Source: Convolutriloba macropyga (lineage: Eukaryota). Taken from it: 64,000 bases of DNA. The stretch lies in the NCBI RefSeq assembly GCF_964194025.1, contig NC_134480.1, forward strand, positions 39,494,001-39,558,000, read 5' to 3'. Below are positions 23,620 through 36,913 of the stretch, in pieces (the stretch's first letter is position 1; every line of letters begins with the position of its first letter). The notes below the pieces were generated by a model. The model saw nothing but the letters and a program-made list of their open reading frames with translations. It searched no databases and had not been told where the DNA came from. Both the position numbers and the translations under genes were made by a program.

Positions 23620-24282
23620 AGTTCCGTAATAGCGATAGCTGAGTGCAGCTCCCATTTTTTTGTCAATGTTTATCACGACCATACGACGTCATGCTGACTC
23701 AAATCAGCGCCTGTTCATTCTTTCATGCGTATTTTTTAATGAATGACGTCTGTGACTTCATTTTTGCACTTACTGGGGCTTATTTACGGTTTTGGTCATG
23801 CGCGTGAATAGTTTTTTTTGGTCGCATGTGCCTTACGTCGTTCTCAAATTGACTCTCTCTCTTTCATTCTCTTAATTTGATTTTTGTCTAACGTTATTTA
23901 GAGGAATTGTAGTCAATTAAGGATTTATTAATTTCCAATGTAATTGAAGTTTATTATTTGAGGGCTTTTTTTACAGTAGTAAAAAGTAGTAATTTCAGTA
24001 GTAATCTCCAATATAATTGAAGTTTATTATTTGAGGGCTTTTTTTACGGTAGTAAAAAGTAGTAATTTCAGTAGTAATCTCCAATATAATTGAAGTTTAT
24101 TATTTGAGGGCTTTTTTTACAGTAGTTATTTCGACTTTTCACAGTAGTAAGTCGAAATACGTTACTGGCCTCAGTAATTTGTAAAAACTTTTCTTCATTT
24201 TTAATGTGTTTCATTTGTATTTTGAGATTAGACGTCTATTATGCTATCGCGGCCATTTTCTGACAAACTGGCAGCTATGATT
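23620..24282 (+). mobile_element. Family B-related HINE-like element containing a 73-bp tandem repeat
   Basis: Shares acgaccata-gacgtcat and gtgac-tcattttt with 48921-49405. Degenerate 3' end gcggccattttctgacaaactggcagctatgatt. Confidence 0.55.
23935..24126. repeat. 73-bp tandem repeat, ~2.6 copies
   Basis: ccaat(g/a)taattgaagtttattatttgagggc at 23935, 24008 and 24081. Confidence 0.9.
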
Positions 24283-24492
24283 AGGAATTTTTTGGACCTA
24301 AAAAATCATGAAATTATGGCAAATTTTGCAGCAAGCCTCAACAGCAGTAGTGGCAGCCTTTTAAATCTCAGATGAAAACCAAAAACGGTCATAGATTACC
24401 TCCTAATGGCCTTGAGAAATTGGATTTACCATTATAGTGTATCATGTACCTTGACTGCATAATGAAACTTGAAATACAACCTTAATTTGTCC

Positions 24493-26393
24493 CAAAAAGT
24501 TTTTCATGTTGAAAGTGATTGTGGATTTGAAACTACCTGAGCTTTCCGAAATTCCTATCTTTTTTTAGTTGAGATAAAGATATTGCACAATTTTTTTAAG
24601 GGTAGCTTTCAAGCTTTTAATTTTTTTCTTCGGAACTTTACGCTAGGAAAGTCTTCAGGAGCTTACTCTGCTGTTATAAAGTTAGAAGGTAGAAGACATT
24701 GAGATGTTCAGACGACTTCTGATGTTCCGGTGTTTGGAAAAATAAGAAATATTGAAGTTAGTTTTTCAGAAATGTTGGTTACTGAAATTGTGATTGGCCT
24801 TTCTAAGACAATTAACTCATCAATGGTGGTATTGTAAAACGCATTTTTCAACTAAAGAGGCTAAGTAATGAGAGCTTTGGTTAGATGTAAGTTCAAAAAT
24901 GATTCGCAAAATTATTGTACCAAATTTTTATCGAAGTAAATTTGCTTCAAGTCAGGAAAATAAGCTAGTAAATTATTCTATTCAATTTAGTTAATTATTT
25001 TAGTGCCAGGAGATCCTTGTGTAACTCTAAAGTGATTAATTAGAATCAGAGAGAGTATAAGTTTGCAAAATTTCTAGAATTGTAAAGTTTAAACACGGTA
25101 CGTTGAATAATTTGCTTTACCTTTTGTGGCACGTAGGTGTTTTCTACGTTTGATAATAAACGGAGTTTTATTACTTATGTCCCTTTTCGTTTAAGTCGTT
25201 ATTGGAGCTGAACATATTTTGACCGCAGGCCACTACTAAGTACTATTCACAATTTTTTTCCTTTTTTGATAGAATTTTTAGTCAGCTTAGATATAGTCAC
25301 GTACTTTTTAAACTACTGCAAAGTTCTATGAATATGACCTGAATAAGACAAGAGAATCAGTGACAGTGGCCGAAACTTTTTTGGCCTCATAGATATTGAA
25401 CTACAGTTAAGTTTGCTTTATTTGTTTTACCGTTCAAATGAAAATAAGGGAAATTATAAATCTTGCATGTCTAATTCCAGGGGGCGAAAAATGTAAGCCT
25501 TTTTTACTTCTAAAAGAGTAAGGAAACTCAAATGTGCAAACAGCTAAAAATACGAACTTTTGGAAGCCGAAAGCACTGCTTTCAAGTTCACCAATTTTCC
25601 CTCCAAACTTGCGTGAAGCCTTACAGCAATTCAGATGAAATTTTCTTTATTTTTTGTGAACATGACAACACCGTAGAAGTGTCAGATGCCTTAATCGTCG
25701 CAATGCTTTACCGACAAAAAGTTCTTCATGTTGAAAGTGATTGTGGTTTTGAAACTACCTGAACTTTCCGAAATTCCGATCTTTTTTAGTTGAGAAACAG
25801 ATATTGCACAATTTTTTTAAGGGTAGCTTTCAAGCTTTTAATTTTTTTTCTTCGGAACTTGACGCTTGGGAAGTCTTCAGGAGCTTACACTGCTGTTATA
25901 AAGTTAGAAGGTAGAAGACATTGAGATGTTCAGACGACTTCTGATGTTCCGGTGTTTGGAAAAATAAGAAATATTGAAATTAGTTTTTCAGAAATGTTGG
26001 TTACTGAAATTGTGATTGGCCTTTCTAAGACAATTAACTCATCAATGGTGGTATTGTAAAACGCATTTTTCAACTAAAGAGGCTATGTAATGAGAGCTTT
26101 GGTTAGATGTAAGTTCAAAAATGATTCGAAAGTTCAAAATTATTTTGCCTAATTATTATCGAAGTAAATTTGCTTCAAGTCAGGTAAAGAAGCTAGTCGT
26201 AAATTATTCTATTCAATTTAGTTAATTATTTTAGTGCCAGGATATCCTTGTTTAACTCTAAATTGATTAATTGGAATCAGAGAGAGCTTAATTGGGGCAA
26301 TTTTTTTAGAATTATGAGGTTTAAACACTTTAGGTTGAATAATTTGCTTTTCTTTTGTGACCCGTAAGTGTTTTCTACTTTTTGATAATAAAC
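24493..26393. repeat. ~670-bp direct repeat pair (24493-25161 and 25715-26393)
   Basis: Near-identical from catgttgaaagtgattgtgg to tgataataaac, with a ~550-bp spacer. Confidence 0.9.
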
Positions 26394-27712
26394 CTTCTTT
26401 GGTGGTATAAACTGAAATGGTTGGTCTTGACTTTTTAACGAATAAAATTAAATTGGTGTTTCTTGAAACATTTTTGTCTTGGTTTGTGAGACACCTTAAA
26501 ACAATTTTTTATTTCCATAGAATTTCAAACGGTGATATGTTCTTAAAGCTATGCCGTCTTTCTTGAATAAGAGTTAATAATTTTTTTGAATCCGAAGGTT
26601 CAAAGTTTACTTTATTTAGGTTTATCTTAACGAATAGAATATTTAATTTTAAGTCTCCACATTTTCTCAAAAGGTGGACCAAAAATTTACAGTTTGCAGA
26701 TTGCACAAAGAAAGGTTTTTCAATATATGCCTGGAATTGTTGTTTTGGGTCAGCATCTTGTAGACAATTTTGAAAAAATAATGAGATTGCGGTTTTTAAA
26801 GTATGGATTATATTTTTATTAGTACGAGTTTTCAGGCCAATCCCGTGATATTTTTACTATACTTATCTCACCATGGGTTGCCCTACTTACCATTGGCTTA
26901 CCCCACTCAGATGAGTTCTGCAATTCATTGAATGAATTCAAATTGGTTATATTAGCTCTAATTAAAACTAATTAGAGGTAACCATATTTAATATTGTTTG
27001 AAATTAGATAGATATTAATAAGGATATAACTGAAAATAAGAGTTCCACTTGTCTTTCTCGGTGGTCTATTTTAACTAAAGATCTCAACAGTCTTGTTTGC
27101 GGGTATTAGCAGTGTTGAATATAATGAATTATTTAGATTAATATAATCTAGACGCTCTAGCAGAGTTTAGAGGCAAGCTTTAGTTTACGGAGCGTTTCAA
27201 GAACTCTGACGCTGTTTTTTGCAGATATTTGCGTTATTTTCTAGCTGCGGTTTTTATGCTAAAGAATTGAAGCATAAAAAGGAGCGTGGCTTTCTCGCTT
27301 ATTGTTTGCATTGATTCTGATGAAACTAACTAATCTATTTTTGTGCATTTTTTTAATCCTGAAGCATGGTGATTTTGTTCACCGGCATTTTTTATTTGCA
27401 CTATTACAATTTCTGTGAAGTGATTATTTTCTCAGAGAAGATATAAACAATACGTTGGATGATAAATATAGAAAAGGAGGCTCGCTAATGTGCGTGCACA
27501 TAATGTTCCGACCGCGCTCAACCAAGTTTTTGACTCAATTTTCCACCAAATGAGGAAGAGATAGAGAACTTATTGTTCGAAAATAATTGGTGTATCCATT
27601 TAAAAAATCGGTTCAAGCTCTTAGCACTATACAAATGAAACAATTACTTATTAGAGGGTCAATTATACCTGCCATTAAGGAGAGTAAGAGTAAGCGACAA
27701 AAAAAATCGAAT

Positions 27713-27875
27713 AGCATAGCCGGTAGAATACCGGAAACGACGCAAAGAGTCATGCGATAAAAACTTCTATCTAAACCTACCTATTTCAGAAATATGAAAC
27801 AAGAAATAAAAAGCAATTTTGTGTGAAAAAATCAACTTTAAGTGAGAAATGTGGGTAGGTAGGTTTGGGGAGGAG

Positions 27876-27967
<92 letters not shown>

Positions 27968-28256
27968 GAGGAAATTTGAATGTCTAGTGGGGGTGGGGGG
28001 GGGGGGGTAGTTAAGATAGGTTGAAGGGACTTACATAGGATCAAAAATTCTCGAAATGACCTTTTAACTTTGAATAAAACTATCAATTCTTAATTACTAT
28101 ACATTACAAACTAAGCTACTTTTAAAGTCCATTGTTCGAAAGCAGAAGTCAACGTTTTGAAACATAATGCAATGTTCGAAAACAAAAGTCAAATTTCAAG
28201 TTATGACTTCAGCTTAAAATAACCCGTAGAATCTCAATACTCCTCGAGTCATAAAA
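27713..28256 (-). mobile_element. HINE-like family C element on the minus strand, containing (GT)n and G-runs
   Basis: The reverse complement reads tttttatgactcgaggagtattg at the 5' end (compare 12420) and gcgtcgtttccggtattctaccggctatgct at the 3' end. Confidence 0.7.
27879..27950. repeat. (GT)n microsatellite followed by poly-G
   Basis: Seen directly in the sequence. Confidence 0.95.
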
Positions 28257-31200
28257 ACCAACAGGCATTTTTTACGACCAAAACTCAGTGTCTATGTATT
28301 TTTCCTTCTAAAACTTATTGAAGAGTTCACAATAGCATCAGGTAAAAGCTAAACTAAACCAAATGACAACCATTCCACACGAAAATCCATGGGACTTGTC
28401 TTTATTGAGAATACTTGACAGGTAGACAGAAAACAAAAGGGCAAAATTAGAAAATACATTCTTTTTTTTTGAAAACAATTAATTTCATGAAAGCAATTGG
28501 CTATCAACTCATATCATTCATTGTCTTTGTTTATAACTTCATACAAAACCATTGAGAGCTGTCATTCTTCAGAATGTTCAAGTACTATGAAAAGAGCAAA
28601 TACAGGCAAAATTCATTTAGGCACTTTAATTTTGCGAGGATACGGTGTCGAAGCCTATAAGATTAAATTTATTCACTAAAATATTGAATATAATCAATTG
28701 CACCTTATTTCAGCGCCATTAATGTAATATGCGACTTGTCATTATTGTGACATTAACGTGACTATCCGCCAAGACAACAAAAGAGAACCTCAAAAGTTGA
28801 AAAACTTCAAAAAAAATATTTGAAAATTTGTATCAACGCCAAAAGCCAATATTGAAATAAACAGCAATAAAGACTGCATTATAATTGACTCGAAAAAAAA
28901 TGCAACTTCTCTCTTTGCCGGGACTACGCTAAAAAGTTGCAGAAATAAAATTGAAATGAAACTCAATTCACCCTACTTAGAAAGCATTTTTTTGAGCAAT
29001 AGCCATAACAACCGAAAGCTTTCAACTTAAAAATGTTAAATTGTTTAACTTGTTACTGGTTAGGAAGCCAATTATGTCATTAGTGAGACTGCACATTGGT
29101 ATTGAATACAGGCAGAACTAAATTTCATAAAATATTTTATGCAAATGGTTTTGAAACCCAAAAAACCATACGCTTTGCGCTGAAATTTCTGTATTTGCCT
29201 TGTCCTCCACTTGCACGTAAATTTGAGCTGTCAATAATCGAGTTTGGATTTGAAATACGCTGTTACCAACGCACTTGCTCCTAAAAGTTTAATAATTTTT
29301 GCAAACGAATATCAAAAAATTGAATTTTATAAATATTGATTTTAATTAGCGGAAGACCACAGAAATGTCATCTCCAGAAAACTTTCTTAGGAACCTTAGG
29401 TACAATTACTCCATATCTGAATTAGGAAAGGTGTTAGCAGTTGTCATTGTTCAATCTGGACAAAGTGGAGCAAATTGGCATTTTAATGCCGTTTGTAGAA
29501 AAAGAATGCTGAGTTTTCTAAAATTTAGTTGAAAATTTTGCCGAAACAGTTGGTTCAAGCTTTTCTTCAACTCTCTTCTATCTTTTAACGTAAAGCCAAT
29601 GACACTATCGTTTACAATTTTTTCATTTTCAAGCAATAATTGATTCAATATTAAAGCAAAAATAACGAAAAATGTGATCGAAACAGCGGAAGTTGGGTGC
29701 ACGTTCACATTGCTTCAAGCCTACGTAACAATCTTTTTTTAAAAAAATCTTTAATTGGAAAATCTGCTTTTGACACGCTTTCCATTGATACCCCTCATAA
29801 TCCTGTACGATGAATATATCAATCGGCGAAAATTGAGTGAATAGAATAAACCCAGCTGAGTATCTAGTTCCTCTCCCACTAAAGTGGTCGAAACAAAGTT
29901 TTGCATGCAGGAAATTTCGTAAGTTCAGTTGTTGCTGCCACATCTTTATTGTTCTGATGGCTCTATAGAGCAGTGCTAATTAACTTAGACTCACTTCATG
30001 TTTTCGTTTATGAACAAGAGTTTTCAACCAGTGTTATTCCCTCTTCGTCTTTTTGAAAAGTGCTGGCTTTCATTCTTCGTCGATAGCAAACTGAACTCGA
30101 AGCTTTATTTAATCAACTTTTTATTGTTACCACTTTTTTTGAAATAAATGGGAGAACTTTATGCTAACCCCACTTTTTTGTTCAGACATTTTTTGACTTT
30201 TGCATCCCAGCATTTGGCCAGAATTCAAAATTCTTTAAAAATTCTCAAAATTCTTAAATATTTGTTTAGGTCTTGATAATTTGAGTTACAATTGAGTACT
30301 CAGTAAGTTATCATTGAGTTCCGATTTCCTATATTTTGGTTTGTTTTTGGGTGCGCTCTTTTTTCAGAACTCATATTTTGTGATGTTTTTAGGAGGCGCA
30401 TCAGGTAGCAGAACGGTTAATCAAACTGAGGCAGCAAAGGTAACAGAAAAAACTATTATCCAGGGCGCGAATGGCCAATTCTGTGATAATAGGGAAATCA
30501 GGGTTCCGCGAGTCTTTGTTGACTTGCCGTGCTTTGATCGCTTCTATTATTTTTAGCCCCTTTTCAATAGCAGAATTCTGCACGACTGCTACTAAAAAGT
30601 AATAATTTAATTTCATCAGCGCTTTGCTTCGACTCTGTGGATCACCTTTTGTGATTCTGATATTTTTTTTACTTTGAATGTAATTGTTTTTAAAAAATCG
30701 TCGGTTTTTAATTCTAGTTCTATTCAGTTCTTTTTGGTGGCTCGCTTGATTCTCATTAATGATAACAAATCGTATCGAAGAGAAGCAACTTTTCAAGCTT
30801 CCATATTGATTTTTAATGATGGAGATTACCTGCTTACAAATCATCGTTCTTTCAAAACATCATTTTTACTTACCTTTTGTTCTGAACTGTTCTCTATCTA
30901 TTTTGCTCTGTTTTCCTTTTGATTTTGAAAGCTGTTTTGAGTTTTAAATTGAAGCAATTTAAAGTAATTCGGACATCAATTGTTCCCTCTCTCTTAAATA
31001 AAGTTACGTCATTTTTTCAGAATAAAATTTACATTTAAAAATAGTGAATTGTAAAATTTACTATTGGTGAAACGTTTCTCTTTCTGTCCCAGGCAAAAAA
31101 TATGAAGGGGTCTGAGATGCTCTCTAGCAAATTATATCGTATTCCGTTTAATCTGTTTTGAACGTAGCTTATATTTTTATTAAAATTGTTATTTTTTGTT

Positions 31201-31931
31201 TTTTTTTATTTGATGCTCATAATAATAATATCCGGTCTGTGGTAAAACCACGACTACAGAATGAATCTAATACTATCTTTTTAAGGTGCCTCAAAAAGTT
31301 TTTTGTAGTTATCTTTCTTTCTAATTGAGTGTTTTCACCTAGAAAAACGCCCGTAAATGTGAAGAAAGCTGAGCTCTATTATTCAATTTGCGTATTTTTA
31401 CCGCTGCCTTCTCAAAAATTCTTCCCATGTGCATTTTTTATACTTTGTTTTTAAAAATTTTGGATCTTTTTAAAGCTATCGAAATGTTTTAAAGTAAGTG
31501 AGACGCAACCTGTTTTCAAAAGCTAAATCAAATTTGCTAGTTTTTCCAAGCTCGTCATAGTATTTTTTGGAAATATTTTGTGTGGGTGCGTCATTACGGT
31601 TCCTAGCCCAATCTGCGTTTTGACATAAGTTTTCGTTACTTTTTCGATACTATGTGTAACCTTCTTTTCTCAATTGTGTAGCCTCATTTTCTTTACCGTT
31701 AACAGAACTTGTCAGTAGTAATGAAATGAATTAGTCAGAATTGAATTTTTGTTGGTTGTTTTCCTTTGCTTGAATTGTGTTCCAGGACTTCCCCTGTTAT
31801 TTTTATGAAATTCTCAAAAAGATTGATTCCTTTCACCTGCTTGTGCTGCTTGATTTTACTACTGCCTAAATTCGTTTTGACTTCTACGTGCTATTTGATT
31901 CCTTTGTTTTAAAAAAACACCGTTCAGAAGT

Positions 31932-32310
31932 TAATGCGGGAAAAAAACTTGAGAAACATTGGGACGATTTGTTTCCCTTTTATAAAGTAAGCCACATAAT
32001 CAAAATAAATATAGCAATTGATTTAAAAACCTGTTTCAGAATCAGTTTCAGTATCAGTATTGTTTCAGTATCACTTTCAAAAACTTGAGAAACATTGGGA
32101 CGATTTTTTTCCCTTTTATAATGTAAGCCACATAATCGAAATAAATATAGCAATTGATTTAAAAAATTGTTTCAGTTTCAGTATGAAAATTGTTTCAGAT
32201 AATGCGGGAAGAAACTTGAAACATTGGGACGATTTTTTTCCCTTTTATAATGTAAGCCACATAATCGAAATAAATATAGCAATTGATTTTAAAAATTGTT
32301 TCAGTATCAG
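31932..32310. repeat. ~130-bp tandem repeat, 3 copies
   Basis: aaacattgggacgattt...gtaagccacataatc at ~31953, ~32089 and ~32220. Confidence 0.9.
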
Positions 32311-33625
32311 AATTTTGAGTGTCGTGGCTACGAAAAGTTTGGAATGAGAAGGTTTCCACTGAATACATGTGACGTGGAGCCGCTGTTTCTTTAATGATCT
32401 GAGAAACCTTCTTGTTGAAGAAATTAAATAGTTTGAGAAAGAGTTAACTTGGAATCGGTTGTCATTGATTTGACTTTTGAATTGTTAAATAAAATCCTGA
32501 CAATTTCGCAAAAAAGTTATAGAAAATCATTGATCAAGCCCATTCAAAATTGTCAATAATGCTTAAAAAAATTCAAACTTAAAAGGTCCGTGTTTAGTCA
32601 CAACACGTCTTGGGAAAAACTCTTTTAATAATGTTTGTCAGAAATTAAGCGCAACGAAGTATTTCTTAATTGATGTTTACTCACGTTTTTTGGTTGCTTT
32701 GAAAACTCATCTTTTTTTCCTGTTGTTTATGTTCCAAATTTCAGTTAAATAACTTTGCTTTTTCGCAACAGATTGATGAAAAACAATGTTTGGTGCTAAA
32801 ACAAACGTTTCTGAAATATCGTGTTCGGTATTTGCTATGCTTTAAAGAGAGAATATGGAAACATTCTGTGCCACACACAGAAATAGCGATACAACTCGTT
32901 CCAAATATGTGCGCCTTAATCAAGCTTAATTCTGAGTATATGCCATGAGGGAGTCAACAGATAGGTTCACATTACGCAATTAGGTTCACACGTCTTCGAG
33001 TTGGTTTGGTTGTAAATGTTAAGCTCTATAAATCTGTGAAGGCTTGTTATTCAATTGAAATCATCATTTCTTCTTTCATTTAATGTCAAGGGTTTTATTG
33101 TTGTTAGGATGTGGTCTAATGTGATTTGTTTACATACAGCAAAATGGTGACCATATCAACATAGCAGTGCAAGAGTAAATACTACTTTAATTGACGTAAA
33201 TCATGTCGTAAAAATTTCGGACGTTAATGAGTAAATATTGGAATGAATTATTGACCAAATATCGGACATAATTGAAATTAGAGGTAATGTCGGACATAAG
33301 CTATGAAAAACTTTGGTTACTAAAAATTGCCTCATGAAGACTCAGCAAAATTATTGATATTGGTGTCGATATGAACAGTCACTGACCAAGTTTTGGCCAT
33401 CTCACGAACTTAAAAATTTTCATATTTTCTGCTTTTGACCTCAAGCACTTACCTTTCAAATGATGCTTCTTGATTTTTTCTTCTTTAGTGCTGCCGTCTA
33501 ACAGGATTTATGGTCCGCGCCTTTTTGGGAGTTTTTGATGTTTATAAATTGTTCACAATTGTTTTTAAAATCATAGCTAAGTTGAAAAATTAATTGCAGT
33601 TTCTTATTGCAATTTTTCAGATGGT

Positions 33626-34891
33626 ATGCGTCTGAACTGCAACGTGATCAGCGAAGACCTGAACATCGTCAATCGTGCGAAGGTAGTAAAACCTTCAAAA
33701 GCTGTCATTTCGGTGGGGTTTCATGGCCCGAAGGAAAAATCAGTTGCCCTGCTGTTAATAGCAACTTCTTTGGAAAAAGTGGGCCAGAAATACCCAATTC
33801 GGGATAATATTGAAAATATATTTGGAAAGTTTGCAAGCCAGGGGAAATGCACGCTTCGCTTGAAAGAACCGAGAAAAGATATTTTGATTTCAGATGCCGA
33901 TCCGGTTCAGTTGAAAACTTTTCTGCAGATTATTTGTTCAGTTCTGAAAACGGGAACTGCGCCTGAACTAACAGTTCTGAAACCGATCGAGAAAAACGAA
34001 ATTGAACCGAAAAAGACTCGAATGTTGATACGGAACAGAAACGAGTACCCATTGAATAAATCGTTTCCAATTACGCTTAAAGTGTTGATACTGGAATCGG
34101 CGTGTCAACTAAAAAGAATTGACTCTAGAATTTTCCAGTTATCAAATTTGACAGTTTTGAGTTTGTCCAACCAACAATTGGTTACAATTCCTGCATCTAT
34201 TTTTGGTATGAGTTTGAAAGAATTAATTCTTAATGGGAATAAATTGGAATCATTTCCGGAATGGTCGCCATATTCAAGTAAAAAACTGTTAACGAGCTTG
34301 ATCAGGCTTGACTTGTCTGCGAATAGTTTGAAAGCTTTCCCAGAAAGTTTGCTGAAAATGCGAAATTTGTATCATTTAAACATTTCAAGCAACCGAATTG
34401 CGTCTTTGCCCAATTTTTGCGGCTTTTCGAACCTAAAAGAATTACGAGCTGCGAATAATTTACTTGAAGTTTTGAATTTTTCCACGTTGGATTTCAATAA
34501 AAAGTTTAATATTTTGGATGTTTTTGGGAATCCGTTTCGAGGGATAGCTTCGGATCGCGGTCGAAGATTAAACGAACAGCGATTTGAAGTTTGCAAATCT
34601 TTATTTATTCTCAGTGCCAATAAACTGTGTAATATCATGAAAGGAGCTAACTTTGAAAATCTATCCGAGGATTTACCTCAAACAGTGATCAACCTTCTGA
34701 ACAAATGCGAGCGTTGTGTTTGTTCTGGATTTACAGTTAGAGGGAAAATTATGACTTTAGATGTTGATTTGTATGCTTTTTGTGCTACTGTTACCAGCGT
34801 TGACACAAATGGGCGTACGACTATACCCGTGCAGTTTAAACTCTGTTCTGCGTATTGTGAAATGATGTTGTCTAGACGTATTTTGACATGA
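33626..34891 (+). CDS. LRR1: Leucine-rich repeat protein 1 (CRL2 substrate receptor), intronless CDS
   Basis: N-terminus MRLNCNV and IFGKFASQGKCTLRLKEP match the LRR1 N-terminal domain. Central LRRs (LxxLxLxxNxL), BC-box/cullin-box-like SLFILSANKL...LPQTVINLL, and a Cys-containing C-terminus. Confidence 0.88.
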   Translation: MRLNCNVISEDLNIVNRAKVVKPSKAVISVGFHGPKEKSVALLLIATSLEKVGQKYPIRDNIENIFGKFASQGKCTLRLKEPRKDILISDADPVQLKTFLQIICSVLKTGTAPELTVLKPIEKNEIEPKKTRMLIRNRNEYPLNKSFPITLKVLILESACQLKRIDSRIFQLSNLTVLSLSNQQLVTIPASIFGMSLKELILNGNKLESFPEWSPYSSKKLLTSLIRLDLSANSLKAFPESLLKMRNLYHLNISSNRIASLPNFCGFSNLKELRAANNLLEVLNFSTLDFNKKFNILDVFGNPFRGIASDRGRRLNEQRFEVCKSLFILSANKLCNIMKGANFENLSEDLPQTVINLLNKCERCVCSGFTVRGKIMTLDVDLYAFCATVTSVDTNGRTTIPVQFKLCSAYCEMMLSRRILT

Positions 34892-35469
34892 TTTGTGATT
34901 TGTTCTCATTTGAGTTGATTGTTTGATTTGTTTCTTTTTTAAATTTTGAGGCAAAATTAGCAAAAATGAGTGCTTCGTTTAAATTTAAACTTAATTTCAG
35001 GTTGATAATTACAAGTTCAATTTCGCGTTTCCCTTTAATTTGCTACAATTTGAGTAAGTTTTGTGTACGTAAATTGGAAATTTTGGGAAACTTAGCAAAA
35101 TATTTTTGCGTTGCTTTTTGTTTAAATTAAATTAGCTTTGAGGCAGTTTGACAAGTTTTATTGTAGCTTACATTAATTTGAATGTGTCTGAGTACCAGCT
35201 ATAAGTACTTTCATTTGTTGTTATTTTTAGCTGCAACATGTAAGGACATTCAAATTATTAAAATTGTGTACTTTACATAATACATTAACTTCTGCAACAT
35301 TGGCATAGCTCTGATTCTGAGAAGAAAATAGGTAAGAGAATTTTGAAGTTAGTTTGTGTGATGGTTAGTCGAATTTGCAAAGTAGGACATTTTGGCTAAA
35401 TTTAGCTAATCTTTCGCAACTCCAATTTACCCAGGATGCATAACATGAGTAGGTTGTTAGATCTTTTGA

Positions 35470-36052
35470 GTCTCCTATTGATTTTAAGAAGTCCTTATTC
35501 CTGAGATATCTTGGTAATATTTGCTTTCGATTCGACTCAACTTGCTCATAGTTATTTTGAGAAATGAGTAGCTTGTTCAACTATTGCGACATCTTGTTCA
35601 GCAACTACTAGTTGCGTAAATCAAGGTTAACTTGATGGTATTTAAGCTCGCTATCATTTCGCTATTGTTTCATTAACTATGTCTTCTGTTATGGCTACTA
35701 TATTTAGAACAGCTCGCGATTAAGTAAAATGTTTTTCGTTGAATTAAGTAAGGTAAATAAAACTGTCTCCTATTGATGTTCAGGAGTCCTTAATCCTGTG
35801 ATATCTTGGTAGTATTTGCTTTCGATTCGACTCTACTTTCTCATAGAAATATTGAGAAATGGGTAGCCTGTTAAATCAACTATTGCGACATCTTGTTGAG
35901 CTACCACTAGTTGCATAACTGAAAGTAAATTTCATATTATAAAGTTTGCTCTCTTTCGACCATTGTTCCATTGACTATGTCATTGATAAGGTCTCTATTT
36001 TTAGAACAACTCGTGATCAACAAGTGATGAAATGTTTTTTTGTTGAATTAAG
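35470..36052. repeat. Diverged ~295-bp tandem duplication
   Basis: gtctcctattgat...tttgctttcgattcgactc...actattgcgacatcttgtt at 35470 and 35765. Confidence 0.85.
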
Positions 36053-36445
36053 GTAGACAGGTAAACTGCATCTTTTCAGGTGTTCACAATGGCTGTTAAT
36101 ACTTATCAAGGAGTGATTTGATGATTGCGAATGAGTTATTGCCAATTTTTGCAACGATTGCCTTGAAAATGTTTAGCAAATATACAAGTACATGCAAGTT
36201 CAAACAAACATAGAATGCTAAACGTTTGAGCAAGCGTTAAAAGTGATCAAACTATATTTAATGGCTTTGATGATAGTATAGTAGATGTGTTCAAGTTTAC
36301 AATTTGTGGGTGAAAAGTTCAAATAGTTCTGAAGGTGAAAGTTCAAATAGATATATTTACCAAACATATGAATGGTAAGATTATTGACTCGGACTCCGAT
36401 GATTATTTTATTGTCAGTGGTCGCGAGAAACAGCAGCTTCTGGAA

Positions 36446-36913
36446 ATGAGTTCGCAACAGCATAGAGAAGAGAAAAGTCCGGTCGAGTCCGATGAGGGGC
36501 AATATGAATCATCATCATCGTTGATTCCAAACGAGGAACACAAATCGGGCGCACGTTCTGACATTGATAGCAATGAACCCTCCTGGAAAAGAAGTTTGAT
36601 GAGACCATTCCGAACTGTTGACGACCATCCTGAAGACACTCAGATCCAGATACCGACGTTGGACACTCCTGCGAAGTTCAGTTTCCGGAAGCTCTGGGCT
36701 TTCACTGGTCCAGGGTTCCTAATGTGCATAGCGTATCTGGATCCAGGAAATATTGAATCTGATCTTCAGCAGGGTGCAATTGCCGGATATAATCTTCTCT
36801 GGGTTCTGCTGTGGTCGACATTTCTTGGGTTCTGTTTGCAATCTTTGTCTGCGAGACTCGGTGCTGTTACGGGGCGCAATTTAGCAGAACATTGCCGCGA
36901 ACAGTATACATTT
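36446..36913 (+). CDS. SLC11A2: NRAMP/SLC11 divalent metal transporter, coding exon 1 (alternative in-frame ATG at 36368)
   Basis: [31 protein letters not shown] (DPGN motif). Phase-0 donor TTT|GTAAGT at 36913/36914. Confidence 0.92.

Noticed and set aside
27838-28086. Pro/His-Thr-rich 82-aa ORF
   Set aside because: It is the translation of poly-C and (CA)n microsatellite.
36410-36430. Iron-responsive element near NRAMP (cagtgg)
   Set aside because: The flanks do not form the IRE stem, and no IRE was seen in the proximal 3' region.
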